Source: an uncultured Candidatus Saccharibacteria bacterium
GTDB lineage: Bacteria > Patescibacteriota > Saccharimonadia > Saccharimonadales > AWTP1-31
Reading direction: 5' to 3'
Assembly: GCA_964553355.1 (NCBI GenBank)
Contig: CAZKKJ010000002.1
Span: forward strand, 1-29,865
DNA: 29,865 bases
The position numbers and the translations under genes are program-made. The first letter of the stretch is position 1; each line of letters starts with the position of its first letter. Of the stretch, positions 1-8,500 are shown piece by piece. The notes beneath the pieces were generated by a model. That model ran no database searches. It was given only the letters and a program-made list of their open reading frames with translations, and was not told the origin of the DNA.

Positions 1-22
1 CAAGCGCAGCTTGAGTTTTAAT

Positions 23-54
23 GAAGCTACGGGCGGAAGCCCGTAGAGGCTCAC
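23..54 (+). mobile_element. Probable right end of an IS200/IS605-family element (rest lies upstream of the window)
   Basis: GAAG (23-26) directly at the foot of a perfect hairpin CTACGGGC-GGAA-GCCCGTAG (27-46), followed by TCAC (51-54). This is the guide/hairpin/cleavage-tetranucleotide layout of IS200/IS605 right ends. An upstream frame ends ...QAQLEF-TAA at 19-21. Confidence 0.55.
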
Positions 55-119
55 TGTTTTTGGATTGTGAGCGAGTGCTAGAATTAGGTAAGTTAAACCT
101 AGCGTCAAGGAGCATACAA

Positions 120-402
120 ATGACAAAATATGTTGATGGATTCGTACTTGTAGTACCAAAAGGCAAAGAAGCCGAATACCAAAAAATGGCCGAGATGGGC
201 CGCGACTCTTGGATGAAGCATGGCGCGCTCCAATACTTCGAGTGCAAGGGCGATGACCTTAAGCAACACGAAATGGGAGACATGAAGTCACGCGCATTTC
301 AGGAAATGACCGGCGCAGTCGACAGCGATAACGTCTGGTTCTCATTTATTGTTTTTAAATCCAATGGCATACGGTGGTTTTGCAGTAGCGGTAGAGGGGT
401 AA
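120..402 (+). pseudogene. DUF1428-family protein with internal deletion and frameshift
   Basis: SD AAGGAG precedes ATG 120. MTKYVDGFVLVVP...WFSFIVFKS matches DUF1428. The family-type C-terminus MAYGGFAVAVEG* is present only in the +1 frame (364-402). Confidence 0.75.
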
Positions 403-414
403 ACTAGCTTTATT

Positions 415-858
415 ATGAGCAAGGCCGATGAACGACACGACATAACCGTAGACCAGTACGTTGGATCGCTGGATGATGATCTTAAAAAAGATACCCAAAC
501 ATTACAGAACTTGATGCAGAAAATAAGCGGCCAAGAGCCAACTCTCTATGGCTTTGGAACGATAGGGTTTGGGGTATATAAGTACGAATATACCAGTGGA
601 CGAAAAGGCGAAGCACACACCTTGGGTTTTTACCCTAGAAAGGGCAAGATTACCATCTACCTTATGGACGGCACCACTCGCTACGCAGATTTACTGGCTA
701 AACTAGGAAAACACTCCACTACTGGCTACTGTATTTACATTAAACAACTCAGCGACATAGAGTTGCCGGTGCTAACGCAGATTCTTGAAAAGTCATTTAA
801 GTATATAACCACCATGGCAGCAAAAGGTCCTATCGACAAGATATTGTGGCAGACGTAG
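415..858 (+). CDS. DUF1801 (YdhG-like) domain protein
   Basis: Motifs IGFGVYKYEY.SGR.G, GFYPRKGKITIY and LGKHSTTGYCIYIKQLSDI are typical of DUF1801. Confidence 0.8.
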   Translation: MSKADERHDITVDQYVGSLDDDLKKDTQTLQNLMQKISGQEPTLYGFGTIGFGVYKYEYTSGRKGEAHTLGFYPRKGKITIYLMDGTTRYADLLAKLGKHSTTGYCIYIKQLSDIELPVLTQILEKSFKYITTMAAKGPIDKILWQT

Positions 859-905
859 GGCGATGCACTATCCGTGCCATCTTGTCAGGTTTTTGCCCAG
901 TAGGC

Positions 906-1397
906 TTAGCTTAAAAGTTTGTTTACTCGTCGTGTGCTGGTAAACAACATCGCTAAGACCGCTACAGTGATGCCTGCAATGGTACTGTCAAGTTCGAGTA
1001 AGACTACCAAAGGAATAACTAGCCCAGCCGTAGTAATTGGCAAGCCAATAAGAAAGCCTTTGGTCTGATTCCGGTTGATGTTGTGGCGTGCGAGCCGTAG
1101 AGCACCGGTAACAGGTAGCAAAACGGCTAGTAGCGATAACCAAGTGGTGTCGTAAAAGGTCGTGACTAGCACCATAGGTGCCACGCCAAAGGTTACCAGG
1201 TCTGCCAGGCTGTCCATTTCGGCCCCAAAGTCAGACTCGACTCCCATACGGCGTGCAACCCAGCCATCGATGGCGTCAAAGAACATGCCCGCAATAATTA
1301 GCACGGCTGCCTGCCAAAAGTTGCCGTGTATTGCCGCATAAATGGCCAATAACCCCGAAACTAAATTAAGACAGGTAATATAGTCGGGCAGTTTCAT
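906..1397 (-). CDS. pssA: CDP-diacylglycerol--serine O-phosphatidyltransferase (CDP-alcohol phosphotransferase class I)
   Basis: DAIDGWVARRMG..SDFGAEMDSLADLVTFGVAP motif, LRLARHN, multiple TM segments, adjacent to psd. Start moved to ATG 1397 (MKLPDYIT), 7 nt after the psd stop. Confidence 0.85.
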   Translation of the reverse strand: MKLPDYITCLNLVSGLLAIYAAIHGNFWQAAVLIIAGMFFDAIDGWVARRMGVESDFGAEMDSLADLVTFGVAPMVLVTTFYDTTWLSLLAVLLPVTGALRLARHNINRNQTKGFLIGLPITTAGLVIPLVVLLELDSTIAGITVAVLAMLFTSTRRVNKLLS

Positions 1398-1404
1398 GAT
1401 TTTT

Positions 1405-2034
1405 CTAATTGATTTCTGCAAGAATAGTCTCCCCGGCAACGGTGCGGTCGCCCTTTTTAACTTTTAGCGTAACAGATTTTGGAATAATCATAGTCACTTG
1501 GGACCCAAGATTGATCAGCCCAACTTCTTGCCCAGCAGTCACCGCGTCGCCCGGTGAAACGTTGGTAATCACGCGTCGAGCCAAAAAACCAGCGATCTGA
1601 ATCATCTTTACTGTCACTTTTCCCTTAATAATGGTTTCTGCCTTCTCGTTTACTAGACCGGCCTCAAAGGTGTTGACGGCCAAGAACTTTCCAGCGCTGT
1701 GCACCACGCTTTCTACGGTTCCACTTATGGGCGCACGATTAATATGTACGTCTAGCGGCGACATAAAGACCGAAATAATATAACCCTCTTTTGCAACATC
1801 GCGGGTTAAGGTGTTAACAATACCTAAAAGACGCTTGGTGCCTTTGAATAACTGTACTTGGTCGCCCTTGAACTCTAACAATTCAACAATTTTACCATCC
1901 GCTGGCGCGATGATAAGATTATCACCGGTAGGTGTTGTGCGGGCTGGGTTACGCAAAAAATAGACTTTCCAAAATACTAATAAGAGCACAAAAAGTACAG
2001 CTATGATAACTAGTGCGTAAGTGATAATTATCAC
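1405..2034 (-). CDS. psd: Phosphatidylserine decarboxylase proenzyme (short type)
   Basis: N-terminal TM, IAPADG, FMSPLDVHINRAP, QIAGFLARR and LGS self-cleavage motif (LINLGSQV). GTG start. Confidence 0.9.
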   Translation of the reverse strand: MIIITYALVIIAVLFVLLLVFWKVYFLRNPARTTPTGDNLIIAPADGKIVELLEFKGDQVQLFKGTKRLLGIVNTLTRDVAKEGYIISVFMSPLDVHINRAPISGTVESVVHSAGKFLAVNTFEAGLVNEKAETIIKGKVTVKMIQIAGFLARRVITNVSPGDAVTAGQEVGLINLGSQVTMIIPKSVTLKVKKGDRTVAGETILAEIN

Positions 2035-2041
2035 AGTAAAC

Positions 2042-2449
2042 CTATTGAACGACTATTCGTGTAGCCACGGTATCTTTGCCGACTACTTTGGTAAATAAGA
2101 TTGACTTGGATCCTACGGTTACATCGCTTGCTTTTACATTTCCCTTGGCATTAGTGATGCGTGTTTCTTTGGTAATTATGGCAGACTTAGATACGTCGCC
2201 CTGGAGTTTAACTACCACTTCAGAATCGCTAATCTTGCTAATCTCCCCAGTTGCAGGTAGGCCCTTAACAAGTGAGTTTCCTGAATCTTTTTTGTTTGTA
2301 CTCGTGTCATCATCCTTACCGTTGTTGTAGCCAAATTGATACACACCCAGCGCGATGAGAGTTACCACAAGTAGGACTACGAGAACAATTATCCTGGGCA
2401 AACGAAGTTTGCGCACTGGATTAGGTGATTGCTTAATTTCTTCCTGCAT
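2042..2449 (-). CDS. Single-pass membrane protein with small beta-rich (DUF5666-like) outer domain
   Basis: Basic N-terminus, strong TM (IIVLVVLLVVTLIALGVY), then GEISKIS...T.I...V.VG...ATRIVV, which resembles DUF5666 repeats. Confidence 0.6.
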   Translation of the reverse strand: MQEEIKQSPNPVRKLRLPRIIVLVVLLVVTLIALGVYQFGYNNGKDDDTSTNKKDSGNSLVKGLPATGEISKISDSEVVVKLQGDVSKSAIITKETRITNAKGNVKASDVTVGSKSILFTKVVGKDTVATRIVVQ

Positions 2450-2501
2450 GAGTACTGGCCCTCGTTAAAATCTTACGTCAATAATAACATAAGCGAATAT
2501 A

Positions 2502-2530
2502 TTTAGAACTTGAAGCTATAGTGCTATTAT
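2502..2530 (+). promoter_or_regulatory. Sigma70-type promoter for the giant kinase gene
   Basis: TTTAGA-N17-TATTAT with an extended -10 TG motif (TGCTATTAT). Confidence 0.5.
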
Positions 2531-2563
2531 TAAACACATAGTAAGCATAACTGTGGTAGAAGT

Positions 2564-5500
2564 GTGAAGTCAAAAAGAGTGGTAAATTTATCGATGCCGG
2601 ACCGTATAGCCAGGCAGCCTAAGCATATTAGGAGTATGTTGGCTGTATTTGGTGTTGTGACCGTCGGTGTTTTTGTGTACTACTTGGCTTCGCTGTTACC
2701 GATGTTTAGTTCTGCCGCAAGTCCTACGCTAACAACCGGCGGTGCATCAAATATCGGACGCACCACTGTCAAGCTTACAGGGGACACGACTTCCAATGGC
2801 GGGAGCGAAGTCACCGAGTGGGGTTTCCAGTATGGTACTACCACTGGATATGGCACAACTGCTTCAGAAACACAAAAGCCCTACGCATTTGCTAGCAAGA
2901 TCGGTGGACTAGGCACGAACGATGGTGAGTTTACAAATCCATATGGCGTTGCTTTCGACAGTACCGGCAATATGTATGTGGTGGACGCAACAAACAACCG
3001 TATACAGAAGTTCGATAGTAATGGGAACTTTATTACTAAGTGGGGTTCTAGTGGTAGTGGTGACGGCCAATTCAGTGGCGCTTACCATATAGCCCTCGAT
3101 AGCTCAGATAACGTATTCGTGGTTGATATGTACAACGCACGTGTTCAGAAATTTAACAGCAGTGGAACATTCATTAGCAAGTTTGGGACACAAGGTTCTG
3201 GAGACGGCCAGTTCAGTAGCCCAAGCGGAATTGTCATAGATAGTTCAAATAATATCTACGTCGCCGACAGATCAAACCAGCGTATCCAAAAATTCAACAG
3301 TAGCGGTGTATTTATCACCAAGTGGGGGTCATTGGGCGATGCCGATGGACAATTCCGTAATCCAACTTCACTTGCTTTGGACGGAAGCGGCAATATATAC
3401 ATTGGAGCGACCAGGATAATCCATAAGTACACAACTAGTGGAGTATTTGTTACAAAATGGGGAAGTGCCGGTACTGGCAATGGTCAATTCAACGGCGTCC
3501 ACGATTTAAAAGTAGATGGCTCGGGTAATATTGTTGCACTGGACGGATTTAATTACCGAGTACAGATATTCGACAGTAGCGGTACCTACCTAAGTCAGTG
3601 GGGTGAACGCGGCGACAATGACGGCCAGTTCCAAATTCCTTATGGTCTGGCGATTCGCAATAACGACATATACATAGCCGACAACTCTGACCGTGTACAA
3701 AAGTTTAGCCCGTACTCGCAGGCTGGCACCTATACGATAAGCATTACGGGGTTAACCTGTGGCACTACCTATCACTACCGAGCATTCGCAACGAATATAG
3801 ACGGTACCAGTTATGGTGACGATGCAACATTCGACACATTTGGCTGTGCGCCAGTTCTGGACATTTCTACCAGTTATTCTCAAGACATCACACAGTACGA
3901 TGCACGAGTCCGGGCCACTATAAACGAGGGTAGTAGCATAGCTACATCCAAGGGCTTTCAGTATGGCACTACCACCAGCTATGGCCAAACTAAATCAGTA
4001 CCCGTGCAAGAAGAGTATAAATACAAATCCTCGATTGGCAGTGTCGGCACGGGAGATGGACAGTTCCAGCAAGCCCGCAATTTTGCCTTTGACTCAGCCG
4101 GAAATATGTATGTGGCTGACACCTACAATGACCGTATCCAAGTATTTAACCCAGCCGGTAGTTACGTTAGTCAGTGGGGAGTTTCGGGTTCTGGCCCGGG
4201 TCAATTAACCGAGCCAGCGCACATTGCCATTGGGCCAGATAACACTGTGTATATAGCGTATGGATCTGCTTCCGAAAAGGTTCAGCGCTTTACAGTTAAT
4301 GGGACATACCTTGGAGCCTGGGGCACATTTGGTTCGGGTAATGGAGAATTTAGTGACATTGGCTATATAGCCGTAGATTCTACCGGTAACGTATATGTAG
4401 CAGATCTTGGCAACTATCGCATCCAGAAGTTTACAAGTACAGGTTCGTTTATAACCAAATGGGGCAGTTTTGGTTCTGGTGATGGCCAGTTTACGCAAGT
4501 TAAAGGAATTGATTTTGACTCATCAGACAACGTTTATGTTTTGGACTACAATACACCTAGAGTCCAAAAATTTAACAGCAGTGGAACATTCATTAGTAAG
4601 TTTGGTAGCCTGGGATCAGGGGATGGTCAGTTCTCTTTTCCTGCGGACATTACAATTGACGATCAGAACAATATATTTGTATTAGACGCTGGCAATCGAC
4701 GTGTCGTTAAGTTTGATCCTAGCGGCAATTATATAACTAAATTTTCTCGAGATGGTGCGAGCACAGGTGAGCTTGAGCTGTCTACGGCCATTGGAGTAAA
4801 AGCTGACGGTGTGGTATATGTTGCAGACACAGCAAAAAGTAAAATCATATCCTTTGAGACAGTTAATCAAGATACCCCATTCTTCTTGCCAATAAGTGGG
4901 CTTACTTGCAATACGACTTATCACTATCGAGCTTTCTTGGCCAATGGCACCGACACAGATTACGGTATTGATAATACGTTTACCACTGATGCTTGTCCTA
5001 CGGCTCCGGGTGTTACCACAAACATTAGTACTGGCTTGACCCAGACTACCGCTACATTAAACGGACGAATCGACAGTCTAAAAAGTACCGTGTCCAGTCG
5101 TGGCTTTAGGTTTGGTACAACCGATAGTTATGGTCAAACATTCCCAGAGGCAGTTACGCATAATATTAACTACACCAGCGTATTGCAGACTAGCGACATG
5201 CAGTCTCCATCTGACAACTTCCCACGAGACATTGCCAGAGACTTAGCTGGAAATATGTATGTTATAGAGTGGGGAGGGGGTAACCCTCAAGTTGAAAAAT
5301 TCGACAGTAACGGTAACTTTATTACAAAGTGGGGGAGTTACGGTACAGGTGATGGTCAATTTAGTCTCCCCGATAGTATAGAAGTAGACGCAGCTAATCG
5401 GGTGTATGTAGCTGACGCGGTAAATGGGAATATTCAAAAGTTTGACAGTAACGGCAATTTCATATCCAAGTGGGGCACTATAGGCTCTGGCATGGGAGAG

Positions 5501-8500
5501 TTTGGACGCCATGGTCTAATTGATATGCGGCTTGCTATTGACTCACAGTACAATATTTATGTTTCAGAACTTGGCTCAACTCCTAATGATGGAACACCAA
5601 TCCACCGAGTACAGAAGTTTACGAATACTGGTACGTACTTGGGCCAGTGGGGAGGCATCGGTACTGGGAACGGCACCCTGACATTAAATTCTGCAGCTGA
5701 TATTGCGATTGATGACGATGACTATGTTTACATTGTTGACGATAATGGCACCAACCCTGTAGTAAAGAAGTTTGATGTTGATGGAAATTACATTACAGAG
5801 TGGGGTTCTGTAGGTAGTGCCGATGGACAATTTGGCGAGACCAGCAATGTGCGATACATAGACATTGATTCTAATAATGACGTTTTTGTCGCGGAGATCT
5901 CTGGTCCCAACCGAGTGCAAAAGTTTGACCGTTATGGAAACTTCTTGACTAAGTTTGGCTCATCTGGCTCAGGTAATGGCCAGCTGAATTGGCCAAGTGG
6001 CATGATATTTAAGAACGATAGTACCATTGTTGTTAGTGATCACTTGAATAACAGGCTGCAGTTGTTTAACTACGAAACTGTTAGTGATTCGTTTACTAAG
6101 AACCTGACTGGCTTAACCTGCGGCACCACCTACCATTACCAGGCGTATGCGACCAACGGAGTAGGAACCGAATATGGCAGCGACCAAACCTTTACTACCG
6201 ACGCGTGTCCACAACAGACCGATTTTGCACTCGAGAAAACTATGACCAATGCTGTTCCAGTTAACTCTGGTGATGATGTAAATTACCACTTCAAGATTAC
6301 AAATGTAGGGGCAAGTAGCGCATCATACAGCGGTCAGTTTACCGATGTGCTGCCTGCCGAATTTACTCTTAATAACGATTACTTCGATACGCTTAACAAC
6401 GCTCAGGTTAGTTGTGTGGACGGTGGCTTGGCAGAAGAAAGTGGCGATGCTTATCTTGCCGGTCAATATGCAGGTCATCATGTCGTGGGTTGTAATATCG
6501 ATGCAGGGTTGGACGAGCTTGCACCAGGTGAATTTATAGAGTTTGACCTAAGTGGTGCCGCCAATGCCAACTACACCAACGCGAGCACTAAAAACCGATC
6601 GTTGTACTACACATCTCTTGATAACGAAGACGATGTGCTAACCGATGTAGAGAATGCAATTGCTGCCAATCAGGATATGTTCGAACTTGCGACGAACAAC
6701 GTTAGCACCCACACGTATAGTTTTGTTGCCAATACCGCCCCAGTTGTTGCAATTGTTAACCCAGACGAAGATCAACAGTTCAATCAAGGAGAGGTAATTA
6801 ATCTGGCAGCCGAAGCGAGTGACTCGGATGGAACAATTACAGAAGTAGAGTTCTATCTGAACAGTCAACTTGTAGGTAGTGTTAGCTCTCAGCCGTACGA
6901 AATTCAGGCCAGTGGTTTGGCTCCTGGTGTATACACCGTAGTAGCGCGGGCAATTGACAATGACGGTGCAGCTACTAGTTCTGCGGTAGTCAACTTTACG
7001 GTAGTTGCAGTTGACCCTTCTGTTACAACCGTTTCTGCAACGAGCGTAAACAAAACCAGTGCAATCTTGAACGGCGATGTGACGGTTATAGGCAGCACGC
7101 CTCTCACGCAACGTGGTTTTCAGTACGGCACAACCACTTCCTATGGCTCAACCGTTGGTAATGCGACTAGCCAAACTGGCGCGTACAGTGTCTCGGTCTC
7201 TGGATTAACCTGTGGCACTACCTATCATTACCGAGCAATCGCTACTAATACTTCCGGAACGGGATATGGCGTAGATAAGACCTTCACGACGTCTGTTTGC
7301 CCAGCTCCGCCAACGGTAGTTATTACTGCGCCAACAAATAATCAAGTATTTGGAGCCAAAACTACCAGTGTTAGCCTGGCAGCCGTAGCAACCTCGCTAA
7401 CGAGCGAGATAGCTCGAGTTGAGTTCTTTGTTGATGGAGCATACGTGGGTACAGTTGTAGATTCTCCGTATACCATGGACGCTCTTGGCTTGAGTGTAGG
7501 GCAGCATATCCTAGAAACCAAGGCCTACGATGTTCTTGGAGCCACTGCAGAAGCCGTACCGGTACCGTTCTACGTTGCACCACCAACCGGAAATCCAGCA
7601 GTTGATAACCCGCCAACAACTCCGCCCGTAACTACACCCCCTGCAGCTACGCCTACTGTTCCGACAGATGCTAACAATACTTCTGGAGAGGGTATTAAGC
7701 TAGAGAAAAAGGATGGCTTTAGCCGAACTAACGTGGCCGGTCGTACGTGGGTTGATGCGGTCTTTGCTCATAAAGTCTTTAGCGTTGTCCCATGGATCCT
7801 CATCTTGTTACTTCTCATTCTTGCAGCCGCATATGCCTATCGAGCACGCAGAGAGTACGTGCTCCGTAAGCAAATCATTCAGACGCTTGGTCGCTACCAG
7901 AAGACATTAGATGCCACTGATAACTACCTGGCATTAACTGCTCACCACCTTAATACACCTCTGGCTATTATGAATGGTTCTGCAGAACTGGTGGTCGCTA
8001 AAAAAGCCTTACCAACATCAGTTACAACTCATGCTCAGGCTAAGCTCAAAGACTTCTCTATAGCTATAGGCCAAGTTTTGTCGGCCAACCAGGTGTCCGA
8101 GGCCGAGCTTAAGCGCGACCAGCAACAGGCAACCGCTCACGATATCCAACCTCGATCCAAAAATCCTCTAAAAGATAGAGCAGTGTGGCTGCCCATGGTT
8201 GTTGTCTTTGGTTGTCTTGTGTTGGCAAACCTATTGTTTATCCGAGTTGGAGTGCTGAGTAATGGGTGGGTGCGCATGCTTATCGAGTTCGGATTGTTCG
8301 TCCTTACCTGTGTACTGCTTGTCCTGTCCTATATGTACCACAACAAAGCAGAGGCCTTTAAGCTACTTAGCCAGCAGCAGCTGGCTGCACAGGGCAGATT
8401 GATGACTCGTCGCAGACAGTTCATTGCTGACGCTCACCAGACTCTTAACAAACATCTCGAAGATCTTAAACTATCCGGCGCACGATTTGCCGAAGTAGAA

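Noticed and set aside
1-54. Resemblance to the 3' end of 23S rRNA (AAGCGCAGC..TTGAG..TAATGAA..GAGGCT)
   Set aside because: The helix-forming segments are missing, no 5S gene follows, and the IS-end or ORF-end reading explains the structure better.
21-119. N-terminal extension of the first ORF (MKLRAEARR...)
   Set aside because: It runs through a hairpin and a promoter; the SD and family start point to ATG 120.
2950-6070. Regularly spaced repeats as a possible CRISPR array or DGR template
   Set aside because: They are in-frame NHL protein repeats with synonymous divergence. There are no identical repeats with unique spacers, no adenine-specific mismatch pattern and no reverse transcriptase nearby.
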